IMG/VR virus record: IMGVR_UViG_3300022752_000024
Span: 64,001-128,000 of that record
Origin: a virus
Reading direction: 5' to 3' (one strand)
Length of the DNA stretch: 64,000 nt
Of the stretch, positions 31,157 through 40,305 are shown piece after piece. The notes beneath the pieces are model-generated. The model was not told where the DNA came from, did not search any database, and saw nothing but the letters and a program-made list of their open reading frames with translations. Each line of letters opens with the position of its first letter. Within the stretch, counting starts at the first letter, position 1. The position numbers and the translations under genes were made by a program.

Positions 31157-31430
31157 AAACCCCAAGAGAATTAAGCCGCTAGGCGTTCATCTCCAAAATA
31201 TGCATCGTTTGCATTTACTTGTTTTGCTCGGATTACGTCCGTCGCCTTTCGTGTTGCCTTCTCTATTATCTCACCCTGTCGAAACCAGGTCATCCCCATC
31301 AGAAGTACACAATCCCCGCTAGAGCCCTAAGAGGTTTCTTTCATCTAGGACAACTATGCACTTCTGGTGGAGATGGAGGGAATCGAACCCTCGTCCAGAA
31401 TGCCTTCACTTTGAAGGAATTACAACAATT
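31124..31430 (-). ncRNA. ssrA: Circularly permuted (two-piece) tmRNA; outer ends approximate
   Basis: Minus strand order: T-arm GAGGGTTCGATTCCCTC plus CATCTCCACCA (CCA ends 31365); a 67-nt self-pairing intervening segment; 5' acceptor strand GGGGATG..TTCGAC from 31297; tag ANDAYFGDERLAA* (31212-31171). G3:U70 alanine determinant present. Confidence 0.93.
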
Positions 31431-31531
31431 CTAATTCTTGTATTTTATTTATTCATTGTAGCTATACAATAACCAAATACAAATGGATATCAAACAACCA
31501 ATAGCTAACCCGATACAGAATCCAGTTATGT

Positions 31532-31560
31532 ATTGTATCATTCTTTATTGATTATGTCAA
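31532..31560 (-). promoter_or_regulatory. Sigma70-type promoter upstream of tmRNA
   Basis: TTGACA-17 nt-TACAAT. Confidence 0.7.
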
Positions 31561-31563
31561 TGC

Positions 31564-32229
31564 TTATTTCGGTGTATTTTGGCGATAATACGTAATTACA
31601 TCAATTAAACCATCAATATGATCTTTGACTTTTTCTTTGAAGATTATTGGAGCAGAATCTTTTACTGCCATAATGATAACCAGATTATCAATTGGAGTAC
31701 CAATTAATTCTTCATACATCGAAGCATAAGCAGTAGTTTGCCAAAAATAGTCTAAAACATCTTCTTTTCTTTTTACTTTACTAGATGTTTTAAAGTCTAT
31801 TACAGAAAGTTCACCTTCATACTCTGCTATACAGTCAACACGACCTGCCATACCTAAAGTCTTAGACCACAATGCTTGTTCTTGATAATGAATGTTATCT
31901 ATGTTGTCTAAGAAAGGTTTAATAGAGAGAAAATACTCAACAGCATCAGGCATGATGCCTCTCATATAATATGGTTCATTGTTGAGATAATTCTCACAGA
32001 TAGTATGAACATTGGTACCTCTAGATGTAGCTTGTTTGGAGATTTTATTGGCTTCTTCTTCGCCAACTCTTGCTCTCCACTCCATGATAGCTTTTTTCTT
32101 TTTGGCTCCTACTACAGTGGTTACTGATGGCAACTTAGTACCATCAGGTAACTTGTAATATCTTTTCCCATCAGGAAAAGTTTCTGATTTTAAATCTTCT
32201 AGTTGTTTTGGTGGGCAATATGTAAACAT
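31564..32229 (-). CDS. PD-(D/E)XK exonuclease
   Basis: LPSVTTV, RGTNVH, AGRVDCIAEYEGELSVIDFKTS, QTTAYA. Confidence 0.88.
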   Translation of the reverse strand: MFTYCPPKQLEDLKSETFPDGKRYYKLPDGTKLPSVTTVVGAKKKKAIMEWRARVGEEEANKISKQATSRGTNVHTICENYLNNEPYYMRGIMPDAVEYFLSIKPFLDNIDNIHYQEQALWSKTLGMAGRVDCIAEYEGELSVIDFKTSSKVKRKEDVLDYFWQTTAYASMYEELIGTPIDNLVIIMAVKDSAPIIFKEKVKDHIDGLIDVITYYRQNTPK

Positions 32230-32248
32230 AATATAATAGATTTTTTAG

Positions 32249-32656
32249 TTAATTACTAGCTCGTAATACTCTAAGTTCAGCCGCTGTATTGCAGGTTTCA
32301 ACAAGTTTAGTAATATCTCGCAATCTTTGTTTTTCAGCTACAATTGCGGATGTGTCTGCATTTGTCTCTAATGCACGTTGAAATAATATATCTTGAGCAG
32401 CTAAAAGAGGTTGCCTTTCATTACGCAAACGATCTATAGTGATTGCTTTAGCTTTAGTAATATTTACCGACACGACACCATTATTTAATTCCCACGCACC
32501 AAAGAAATCATCATCAGCGTTAGGCAATGTGTTAGCATCAACAATAATAGAATGTTCTGGTGTATGTTTGGCTTTAACATCCTCAATGTTCATTTCGTTT
32601 GTTGGAACACACACTGATACGTTGCCATCTTCATTCGTGTATATAATTACGTTCAT
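32249..32656 (-). CDS. Tail fibre assembly chaperone-like protein
   Basis: LRNERQPLLAAQD..EKQRLRDIT pattern; follows a late-promoter-driven small structural gene. Confidence 0.55.
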   Translation of the reverse strand: MNVIIYTNEDGNVSVCVPTNEMNIEDVKAKHTPEHSIIVDANTLPNADDDFFGAWELNNGVVSVNITKAKAITIDRLRNERQPLLAAQDILFQRALETNADTSAIVAEKQRLRDITKLVETCNTAAELRVLRASN

Positions 32657-32665
32657 TTTGACTCC

Positions 32666-33046
32666 TTAAACTGTTTTCATAATAGCCACACTAGTGAAGG
32701 CACCAGAATTAACTCGGGCGTCGCTGGCGTTACTAAATTGGACTTGTACAGATGTAGAGGTTTGTGATAACACATGAGCAAACATTTCGCCATCTGGATT
32801 AGTGCTATACCCAATTGCAGAAACGGCATAAGCATCAGTACCAAGATCAGGAAAAGACACGGTATATTTACCTGCTGCACCATTATAGGTTACCCCACTT
32901 ACATTATCAGACCCGTTTATCGTTGGCGTGGTTGACCCGTTAAAACTAACCCACGCTACAATTGATGATGTAACTGGTTTAGGAGCAGTATTTTGTGTAG
33001 TATTATCGTTGAATATTAAATGTGTTCCATTTGCAGAAATTGTCAT
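32666..33046 (-). CDS. Small fibre-like structural protein
   Basis: IFNDNTTQNTA and AWVSFNG..NVSGVT..GKYTVSF resemble fibre-tip modules; TATAAATA upstream. Confidence 0.55.
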   Translation of the reverse strand: MTISANGTHLIFNDNTTQNTAPKPVTSSIVAWVSFNGSTTPTINGSDNVSGVTYNGAAGKYTVSFPDLGTDAYAVSAIGYSTNPDGEMFAHVLSQTSTSVQVQFSNASDARVNSGAFTSVAIMKTV

Positions 33047-33073
33047 TTTTATACCTCGTTATTTCGAATCATA

Positions 33074-33081
33074 TATTTATA
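33074..33081 (-). promoter_or_regulatory. T4-type late promoter TATAAATA
   Basis: Exact match 27 nt upstream of the 33046 start. Confidence 0.7.
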
Positions 33082-33793
33082 AACCTAATTTTTCTTTTTG
33101 TGTAATATATTCTTTCACAAAACCGCTTCGAACAATGTCATCAGTACAAAACTTAATGTGTCCTACATTTTTAATATTTTCTAGAATTCTCACCGCATCA
33201 TGCAATCCAGACTTCTCTTTCTTACTATTTAGATCGTTTTGATTATAATCTCCACATAATATGAACCTACAATTCTCACCTACACGAGTTAATACCGTAT
33301 CGATTTCGTGGAAAGTAGCTGACTGAAATTCATCAAACACAATAATACAGTTTCTAAATGTCAATCCACGAAGAAAGCTAGTAGTTTGAAACTCTATGAT
33401 TTCCTTATTTACTAAGAAATGCCAAGCATCGCCTCGACCAATTAGTTCATTAACGATATTCATGTAAGGTTCTTGATATATCTTAGCCTTTTCTTCAAGT
33501 GTTCCTGGTACAAAACCTAAATCTCTAGAAGGTACTGCCGAACGGATAATAATTATTCTATTATAATAAGAACTTTCATCAAGGAGTTCACTCAATCCTA
33601 AATACATCGCAAGAAACGATTTACCTGATCCTGCTGATCCAGATAATACAAGATTGTTACCTTCATCATATGCTAAAAAAGCTTTTTCTTGGTTCTCTGT
33701 TAGCGGTTTAATTTTCTTCAGAGTGAAATGTTGTGATTTGGCTTCTGCTGAGGCTGTTCTTTTTTTTGTTGCCAATTGTTTCTCCTTTACCAT
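33077..33793 (-). CDS. phoH: PhoH-like ATPase
   Basis: GSAGSGKS, RSAVP, FLRGLTF, DEFQ, TRVGEN, GDYNQND, DIVRS. Confidence 0.93.
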   Translation of the reverse strand: MVKEKQLATKKRTASAEAKSQHFTLKKIKPLTENQEKAFLAYDEGNNLVLSGSAGSGKSFLAMYLGLSELLDESSYYNRIIIIRSAVPSRDLGFVPGTLEEKAKIYQEPYMNIVNELIGRGDAWHFLVNKEIIEFQTTSFLRGLTFRNCIIVFDEFQSATFHEIDTVLTRVGENCRFILCGDYNQNDLNSKKEKSGLHDAVRILENIKNVGHIKFCTDDIVRSGFVKEYITQKEKLGL

Positions 33794-34062
33794 TCACGAG
33801 GCATTTTAGTTTTGTGTCCTGCTTTTACAGTATTACCAGGTACTCTTTCTTTAATTCTACCAATAACTTCTCTTTCAAACCGTGCATCGGGTTGTCCTAT
33901 ACCAGGAACAGACATACGCATACCATCACCTAATATAGGTGCTTCGTCTATGTATCTTTCTAAATGGGAATTATTGGACTTAAAATCATCATACTGAGAG
34001 ATTCTCATTGTATGTTCTTCAAGTGTATTCGTTTCTTTATTTAAGAATGCGTAAGTTGGCAT
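33787..34062 (-). CDS. Conserved phage protein (FmdB-like N-terminus)
   Basis: MPTYAF start; typical neighbour of phoH. Confidence 0.65.
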   Translation of the reverse strand: MPTYAFLNKETNTLEEHTMRISQYDDFKSNNSHLERYIDEAPILGDGMRMSVPGIGQPDARFEREVIGRIKERVPGNTVKAGHKTKMPREW

Positions 34063-34113
34063 ATAATCAAATCATTAGGTTTATTATTAATCATTACAGT
34101 ATACTGTATTTAT

Positions 34114-34290
34114 CTAAACTTTAGGTGGCTTGCAACTTGCCTCTATTTTAAAGTTCTTAAACTTCAGCCAATATGTCATGGATGATTTAGCACGTTCGCA
34201 TGACTGCTGATCAGGAAATTCAAGTGTTACTTTCCCAGGCTGATCATTTGGGTCGTTTAGATGAACTGCTATCAATATCATCAACCACAT
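34114..34290 (-). CDS. Small exported protein (58 aa, not in ORF track)
   Basis: MWLMILIAVHLNDPNDQPGKV..SC..SCKPPKV*; AGAGGAG RBS. Confidence 0.65.
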   Translation of the reverse strand: MWLMILIAVHLNDPNDQPGKVTLEFPDQQSCERAKSSMTYWLKFKNFKIEASCKPPKV

Positions 34291-35050
34291 CGTTGTTCTC
34301 CTCTTGTGTCCAAGTTATTATCTCCCATCGACCATCATGATGTTCAACTAACGCAGTACAAGATTCAACCCAATCACCATCATTCATGTATGTTACACTA
34401 TCAATTTCTTTTATTTCTGCTTTATGTATGTGACCACATATCACACCATCATATCCTTTTTTCTTACAGTATCCAGCAAGATTCTTTTCAAACTGAAACA
34501 TAAAGTCTACTGCTTTTTTAACTTTTTGTTTTAGAAATAGAGATAAACTCCAATAACCAAAACCAAACTTATGACGAAACCAATTGAATTGAGAATTTAG
34601 AGCAAGGACAAAATCGTATGCTTTGTCTCCTAACATCGATAGCCATGGTGCTAGTCTTGTGATACCATCAAACAAGTCACCGTGAGTAACTAGATAATGT
34701 TTACCATCTACGCCAACATGCTCACATTGATTTGCAATCTCTAACATACCAAATCCTAGACCATAGTGCAGATATGGTCTAAGAAACTCATCATGATTTC
34801 CTAAAATATAAACAACTTTAGTGCCACGTTTAGCATGACCAAGAATTCTACGAACCACATTTGTATGTGATTGCTTCCATTTCCATTTATTTTGTTTTAT
34901 TTTCCATGCATCGATTATGTCACCAACAAGGTATAGTGTTTCACAGGTGTTATGCTTGAGGAAATTATTGAGTAGTTCAGCCTTGCAGTCTTTAGTGCCA
35001 AGGTGAACATCTGAAATAAAAATGCTTCGGTATGTTTTATCCGTTTTCAT
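34244..35050 (-). CDS. UDP-2,3-diacylglucosamine hydrolase-like (LpxH family) metallophosphoesterase
   Basis: FISDVHLG, LVGDIID, GNHD, HGD, CGHIH, NDGDWVES. Confidence 0.85.
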   Translation of the reverse strand: MKTDKTYRSIFISDVHLGTKDCKAELLNNFLKHNTCETLYLVGDIIDAWKIKQNKWKWKQSHTNVVRRILGHAKRGTKVVYILGNHDEFLRPYLHYGLGFGMLEIANQCEHVGVDGKHYLVTHGDLFDGITRLAPWLSMLGDKAYDFVLALNSQFNWFRHKFGFGYWSLSLFLKQKVKKAVDFMFQFEKNLAGYCKKKGYDGVICGHIHKAEIKEIDSVTYMNDGDWVESCTALVEHHDGRWEIITWTQEENNDVVDDIDSSSSKRPK

Positions 35051-35595
35051 AGTTGAATATTTGCTGAGTACCATAGTGGTACCGCACGTTTTTTCCAGTT
35101 TGCTAAGTGTGTTTTATTTTTAGTGTAATAGTTTCTGTATGATGCAATAGAATCACCAGTAACTTTTACGTCATCAGGCATTGCTGGTGTCGGTTCAGTA
35201 AAAGGCTTTTGTGGTATATTATTAGGTAATCTAGCAAGATGCATTTCTAATTTTGAACATGCATGAACTTTACCGTAACGGTATGTATATTCATTCATCA
35301 ATGCTTGAAACAAACTGAATAACCAATCGTAGTTCTTATCAGACTGTCTTACCCAAACCGCGGAAGGGTGATTAACGTGTGTAGCAGAATAAAGAACATC
35401 ATCCCGGGAATCCATAAGTCGGTATACAGTTTTCTTGCGGCCAGATGCACTAACACCAGCAGTAAGAACACCGTCAAGAATACGGTGAGCAGTAGAAAGT
35501 AATTGAGCATATTCAAGGATCATTTTTATGGTATGTTTATCGTTATGCATTTCTGCACAAAGTTCGGGATCGTTGTGTAGATAGAAAATATTCAT
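35047..35595 (-). CDS. Pyrimidine dimer DNA glycosylase / DenV-like family protein
   Basis: MNIFYL..DKH..KMILEYAQLLSTAH, HVNHPSAVW, EYTYRYGKVH, YRNYY. Confidence 0.75.
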   Translation of the reverse strand: MNIFYLHNDPELCAEMHNDKHTIKMILEYAQLLSTAHRILDGVLTAGVSASGRKKTVYRLMDSRDDVLYSATHVNHPSAVWVRQSDKNYDWLFSLFQALMNEYTYRYGKVHACSKLEMHLARLPNNIPQKPFTEPTPAMPDDVKVTGDSIASYRNYYTKNKTHLANWKKRAVPLWYSANIQL

Positions 35596-35599
35596 ATAG

Positions 35600-35749
35600 T
35601 CACCAATGATGTATAATACCAACAATAATAAAAAGGTTTGTCACAACATATATTAACACAATACCGGCACGAATGCAAGCGATTTTGTTAGCTTCGCTGT
35701 CATTTGTACCAGATTTTTCACCTAATGCTTTTGCAATAAGTCGCCACAT
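35600..35749 (-). CDS. Small membrane protein (49 aa, not in ORF track)
   Basis: MWRLIAKALGEKSG..IACIRAGIVLIYVVTNLFIIVGIIHHW*. Confidence 0.65.
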   Translation of the reverse strand: MWRLIAKALGEKSGTNDSEANKIACIRAGIVLIYVVTNLFIIVGIIHHW

Positions 35750-35791
35750 TGTAGTTTAAAAATCTCCACTTTTCTGCTTAAAATTTGCCAA

Positions 35792-37102
35792 TCAGTATTC
35801 CCAGCCTTTGCAATATCCAAATCGCTGCAATTTACCTAAAGCTTTCTCGCACCTCTCACCTATATCTGTTCTGTATTGTGGATCATTACCGAGTCTAATT
35901 TTCTTTACCTGCTCATACGCCTTATCTTTAGCTTCGGTAATGCTATCTCCTGTACCTGTGCAAACAAGAATGTATGACCCTGCTGTACCCCACTCAGGCA
36001 CATTCTCAACAAGATTACCTTCAATCATTTTAACGGTGCTACTAAGTTTTACCTCGCATGGATGAATGTGGTCGATATCTGTATCCTCAGTAAGAATTGG
36101 AAAATCCAAATAGTCTTCCTCATCTCTTTGATTGAATGGAAAGTCTGCATTTGCCATAACTACACCTACACAGGTTTTTTCTTCTACCTCTAGAGTATTT
36201 TTACCTTGTACACAATCTAACATCCATTGTGCAGGATCACCTTTGTGGAGTGGTTGTTGAATATTCCACATAGGATATCCTGGTCTGGCAGTCCATTCCA
36301 TTGGCCATGGCGTGCCATCTTTTTCGTCAATAATACAATTCATATCCAACATACCAACGTATCCAATAGAATGTAAAGTCTTTTGCATAGGTTTCATTAG
36401 TACATCGGCTAATTTTGATTTGCTTGTGTAGCGAATAACTGTTCCCATCTCTCCAGTATTCACACCTAGGTCACCATTCATTTGTTTTTTAAATTCAAAA
36501 CCTTCAGCAAAATATGGTTGCCAACCACCAGGACCAAAGATACCTGTTACGGCAACTTCAATACCTTTTTTGAATTCTTGCAGAATGAATGGGGAAGAAG
36601 GTTTACCTTTTTCTTTGCGTTTGCTTAGAAACCCGATGAGGTCGGCTTCGTCTTTTGCGACATATGACAAAGTTTTATCTTCTTCTTCGCCACAAGGTTT
36701 ACAGACATATCGTTTTGGATTTTCTTTGATGAAAGATATGGCAGCATCGTAATTTTTGAATTCGAATGAAGGAATGATTTTACCGCCAAATTGTTTGACT
36801 ACATTTTGACCATACATTCGATCAAGTTCGAGTTTTGCTGCTCTTTTTCCTGGTCCGAATATTGGATAACCTGCTTTGATATATTTGTCTATCTCATCCA
36901 TATATTCTAGATTATCTGCCAAGAATATAAGATCAGCAATACCCATATATTTGCGCCAATTGTCTACTTTATCGACTAGGCCTTCACCTATATGAGCCGC
37001 TCTTGAACCTTTAGTATAGAGTTTGACTGTGTGTCCGGCTGCTACACAACGCAGACACCAGTCTAATGTTAACCCGCTTGGGTCAATTACAAGGATGAGC
37101 AT
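35792..37102 (-). CDS. PurD (GAR synthetase)-like ATP-grasp ligase, divergent
   Basis: FGPGKRAAKLE, YVCKP, ILQEF..GIE, GDLGVNTGEMG, PMEWTARPGYP, YRTDIG. Confidence 0.75.
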   Translation of the reverse strand: MLILVIDPSGLTLDWCLRCVAAGHTVKLYTKGSRAAHIGEGLVDKVDNWRKYMGIADLIFLADNLEYMDEIDKYIKAGYPIFGPGKRAAKLELDRMYGQNVVKQFGGKIIPSFEFKNYDAAISFIKENPKRYVCKPCGEEEDKTLSYVAKDEADLIGFLSKRKEKGKPSSPFILQEFKKGIEVAVTGIFGPGGWQPYFAEGFEFKKQMNGDLGVNTGEMGTVIRYTSKSKLADVLMKPMQKTLHSIGYVGMLDMNCIIDEKDGTPWPMEWTARPGYPMWNIQQPLHKGDPAQWMLDCVQGKNTLEVEEKTCVGVVMANADFPFNQRDEEDYLDFPILTEDTDIDHIHPCEVKLSSTVKMIEGNLVENVPEWGTAGSYILVCTGTGDSITEAKDKAYEQVKKIRLGNDPQYRTDIGERCEKALGKLQRFGYCKGWEY

Positions 37103-37135
37103 TTTATATCCTAAGGTTAGTTTAAACTATCCTTA

Positions 37136-37447
37136 TTATTTATTACTTCCACTATCATTATATTTTGCCGACTCAACCTTGTTTGACCAAAATTCTTTTT
37201 CGGCTTCAAAGAAATCTAGATCACCTTTAGTCTGCTGAGGTCCCAGTGGTCGTTGCTTCTGCAATAATACATCAGGATATGTTACCTGAATATCTGCAAA
37301 TTTGTAACCTACACCTCGAAGAAACTTTTCAAAATGCACCATTACTTCATCTAGATTACAGGCAGAAAAACTTGTTGAGGTCGAACAATCGACTTCTTCC
37401 AAATCTTCAGTATGTGAAGAAAAATTAAAACGAATCAATTCATTCAT
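37136..37447 (-). CDS. Hypothetical protein
   Basis: ORF track; FEKFLRGVGY motif common in T4-like phages. Confidence 0.65.
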   Translation of the reverse strand: MNELIRFNFSSHTEDLEEVDCSTSTSFSACNLDEVMVHFEKFLRGVGYKFADIQVTYPDVLLQKQRPLGPQQTKGDLDFFEAEKEFWSNKVESAKYNDSGSNK

Positions 37448-37710
37448 AGCTTAGGAATCTCCACTTTATCAGATTTTTTAGGAAAACGTTTTGCAATATC
37501 ATCAGCACTAACAGTCTGCAATGCAAATTGTTTAAACTGTTCGTAAGAGTCCTTTACGTTATAAGCACTTTTACCGTTAACAGCGGCAGTATCTGCAAAG
37601 AATAATACACAACCACCAGCAGCCAGAGGAGCAATCTCAATAACACTATCAAGATTAATGATGGTTTTACAATCTTTTTCTACTGAATCAACTTCAACAA
37701 AAATGGCCAT
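37444..37710 (-). CDS. Hypothetical protein
   Basis: ORF track; GGAGG RBS. Confidence 0.7.
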   Translation of the reverse strand: MAIFVEVDSVEKDCKTIINLDSVIEIAPLAAGGCVLFFADTAAVNGKSAYNVKDSYEQFKQFALQTVSADDIAKRFPKKSDKVEIPKL

Positions 37711-37883
37711 TATGCCTCCAAGTCAGGTTTAGAATTATTTTTGATTTTAGCATTTTTTGATCTTAATTCAGCAAGTTCTGCTTCAATCATAAATTGTTTA
37801 GTTTCATGTAGTCGTTCTGGTGCGGTGACCATCAGCAACCGTTTTGTTTCTTTACTCATTTTATATCCAGATGCAAGCTTCAT
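37710..37883 (-). CDS. Hypothetical protein (57 aa, not in ORF track)
   Basis: MKLASGYKMSKETKRLL..; fills the gap with overlapping start and stop. Confidence 0.6.
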   Translation of the reverse strand: MKLASGYKMSKETKRLLMVTAPERLHETKQFMIEAELAELRSKNAKIKNNSKPDLEA

Positions 37884-38131
37884 TTTTTATCACAGTCCTT
37901 TGTACGAATTAAATAATTAGTATGTTCATTATAAGGTCTTACAAAAAAACATTCTCCACTTACTGACCATAGCAAATGATTTTGGATTCCTTGAGACGGA
38001 ATCAGTTCAGGAGGGTTCTTCAGTTCTTCATATTTTGTTCTTGCTGCAAGAAAAAATACAATACTAAACAACACTATGACCGTGTTTGTTCCAATAGCGT
38101 ATGCGTTTTTACGAATAAACTCAATCATCAA
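37880..38131 (-). CDS. Hypothetical membrane protein
   Basis: ORF track; N-terminal hydrophobic segment. Confidence 0.65.
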   Translation of the reverse strand: MMIEFIRKNAYAIGTNTVIVLFSIVFFLAARTKYEELKNPPELIPSQGIQNHLLWSVSGECFFVRPYNEHTNYLIRTKDCDKK

Positions 38132-38388
38132 ATTACTCCAAAGTCATGAAGTAGTACATATAGAGACAACAATAATAACATAATTGATGTTAATTGTATA
38201 GAGGTAAGTAATAAGTCTACCATTTGCTCTTTATAATATTCCAATTCATGTTGGGTCATTTCACGTTGAGCCAATAGCATAGGTGGACACTCCGTTTCTC
38301 CGCCCATCATATGAACTGTTTTATTTTGTTCTTCTAATCTACGCTTAGTAGATAACCAATGCACAATACTAATCATTTTATCTCCCAA
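38128..38388 (-). CDS. Hypothetical membrane protein
   Basis: ORF track; C-terminal hydrophobic segment. Confidence 0.6.
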   Translation of the reverse strand: MGDKMISIVHWLSTKRRLEEQNKTVHMMGGETECPPMLLAQREMTQHELEYYKEQMVDLLLTSIQLTSIMLLLLSLYVLLHDFGVI

Positions 38389-39036
38389 TTAATCCCACAG
38401 GCTTCTGTAGTAGCGACCAAAAAGTCTAAATCCATTCTGCATACGTTCTTCTACCTTTCGAATACCTTCATAGTCACATTTATAGGTATGGTTAGGTCCT
38501 TCTTGAAATTCATATAGCATCGGATCACCATTGTCATCCCATTCAACTGGTACACTTTTCATGTCATTTACACCAGAACTAAATGCTGCTTCCCAAGTAT
38601 CATCTACGGTATTCTCAAAAGCAAAAATCATTTCACCCATCACCCAATCCCAACGTTTGAAATGGTTATCGTCAACATCCCATTCATTTTCTGTTGGTGG
38701 TGCCGATGACTTTTTTAATTCTTCGGGTACGTCATCATCATCAACACCAGGAGCACCATGCTTATTGGCATTTAATTGTTTTAACATAGGCAGAATAATA
38801 CCAGCCAATGTATGATCCATCGACCATGTATCCCAACGATCAATCTTCACATAATTAATTTGCGGATGCACGAAGTCTAAAAATTTCTGTCGTGCTATGG
38901 AAAATGGACTTAATATCTTTGCGAGTTTTTCAATAATTGGTTCATCGTAATTGATCTCACGCCAAAAGAAAACTTTCTCAAGAATATCATAAGGAGAAAG
39001 CCAATGATGTCGATAGTTGGAAATATATACTTTCAT
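38389..39036 (-). CDS. Conserved hypothetical phage protein
   Basis: IDRWDTWSMDHTLA..WDWVMGEMIFAF..GFRLFGRYYRSLWD. Confidence 0.8.
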   Translation of the reverse strand: MKVYISNYRHHWLSPYDILEKVFFWREINYDEPIIEKLAKILSPFSIARQKFLDFVHPQINYVKIDRWDTWSMDHTLAGIILPMLKQLNANKHGAPGVDDDDVPEELKKSSAPPTENEWDVDDNHFKRWDWVMGEMIFAFENTVDDTWEAAFSSGVNDMKSVPVEWDDNGDPMLYEFQEGPNHTYKCDYEGIRKVEERMQNGFRLFGRYYRSLWD

Positions 39037-39038
39037 GA

Positions 39039-39251
39039 TTATTTCTCATTCACAATATTAGAAATTTGTTGAGCAGGAATACCAATATCATATGCCATGC
39101 AATGGTATGATAATAGTTGAATAATCCTAGCAGCCTTATTTATGAGTATACCACGCTCATGCTCACCGAATTGATTTTGTATAGCGGCATACTCATTTAA
39201 TTTTTCAATGAATTTATCAACAGCCAAAGAGTCTTTAATTATTTCACTCAT
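39039..39251 (-). CDS. Hypothetical protein
   Basis: ORF track; operon packing. Confidence 0.6.
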   Translation of the reverse strand: MSEIIKDSLAVDKFIEKLNEYAAIQNQFGEHERGILINKAARIIQLLSYHCMAYDIGIPAQQISNIVNEK

Positions 39252-40066
39252 TAGACCTCCACATATTTAAGTTTAAAGCTATCAGCACGATCCTCATACC
39301 CATCGTAGCCTCTAGGATTGCAAACTACTCTAGTTGTGCCGATCATATAATCAAATTCTTCATGAGTATGGCCATGCGTCCACAGTTTAATATTTCTGTT
39401 ATCTAATATAAATTCTACTAGGTCACTACTATACGCACCATTAATATGTGTTTCGTGCTTATATTTAGGATGGGTACTCTCTTTACATGGTGCGTGATGA
39501 CCAACTACCACAAATTTAGCATCAGGATTTAATACTAGACAAGTTTTTAGTTTATTTAAAAACGTATTATGATCCTCAACAGCATCCATTGGAAGAAAAC
39601 GACAGCCTTCACCAACTTTTTTATTGGTGATGACTCTAAAATCACTCATATAGTTTTGGATTTTATTGATTGAGATAGGATCACTTTTGTTCATATCTGT
39701 CCACAATGTACCACCAAAGAATATAACATCATTAACACGGACGCTCTGCTTATCTAAAATAAGAAAATTATCAAACTTCAGGTGTTTATATAGAGTATCA
39801 AAAGTTTCACTAAAGTCACCATGATAGTGTTCGTGATTACCTGCAACAAATAGAACCATCTTGAATTCTTTACAGCAATTGGCGATGAATTCGTAATATT
39901 CTTTTGCAACCTTTTGGCGAATACTAAATTCATTATTGAGGTCTGTTAGGTCTTCGGCTACTAAAATATCACCACCAAGAATGAGAACGTCCGCATTCTC
40001 GGTATTCTTGATTACAAGAGAACCAAATTCTAAATGTAAGTCAGAACAAACAGCAATTTTCATCAC
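39251..40066 (-). CDS. Calcineurin-like metallophosphoesterase
   Basis: SDLHLE, GGDI, GNHE, GHHAP, HGHTH, CNPRGY. Confidence 0.9.
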   Translation of the reverse strand: MMKIAVCSDLHLEFGSLVIKNTENADVLILGGDILVAEDLTDLNNEFSIRQKVAKEYYEFIANCCKEFKMVLFVAGNHEHYHGDFSETFDTLYKHLKFDNFLILDKQSVRVNDVIFFGGTLWTDMNKSDPISINKIQNYMSDFRVITNKKVGEGCRFLPMDAVEDHNTFLNKLKTCLVLNPDAKFVVVGHHAPCKESTHPKYKHETHINGAYSSDLVEFILDNRNIKLWTHGHTHEEFDYMIGTTRVVCNPRGYDGYEDRADSFKLKYVEV

Positions 40067-40305
40067 AGGTACCTATAGAGTTCAAAACGTGCATCACGGA
40101 GAGAAGTAAATTTTTTATCTTTTATATAGATTGTTTTAGATGACATAACACGGCATTCACCAATTTTAGTGTCAAAGGTATAGTATGTAGTCTTACCATT
40201 AACCACTTTTGTTTTGCAATGGTAATCATTTACTAGACCAGCAAACATTAGCAATTCGCGGAATTCATCGGATACAATTTTACGAAGGTATGCATTATTT
40301 ACCAC
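40063..40305 (-). CDS. Hypothetical protein
   Basis: ORF track. Confidence 0.6.
   Translation of the reverse strand: MVNNAYLRKIVSDEFRELLMFAGLVNDYHCKTKVVNGKTTYYTFDTKIGECRVMSSKTIYIKDKKFTSLRDARFELYRYL

Noticed and set aside
31365-31400. tRNA gene suggested by the T-arm and CCA
   Set aside because: No anticodon arm; the matching 5' strand and tag lie downstream, so it is a permuted tmRNA.
31134-31434. Plus-strand ORFs of 62 and 71 aa
   Set aside because: Antisense to the tmRNA with no RBS support.
31449-31541. 30-aa hydrophobic ORF MIQYITGFCIG..
   Set aside because: Its start overlaps the predicted tmRNA promoter and it has no clear RBS; too weak to call.
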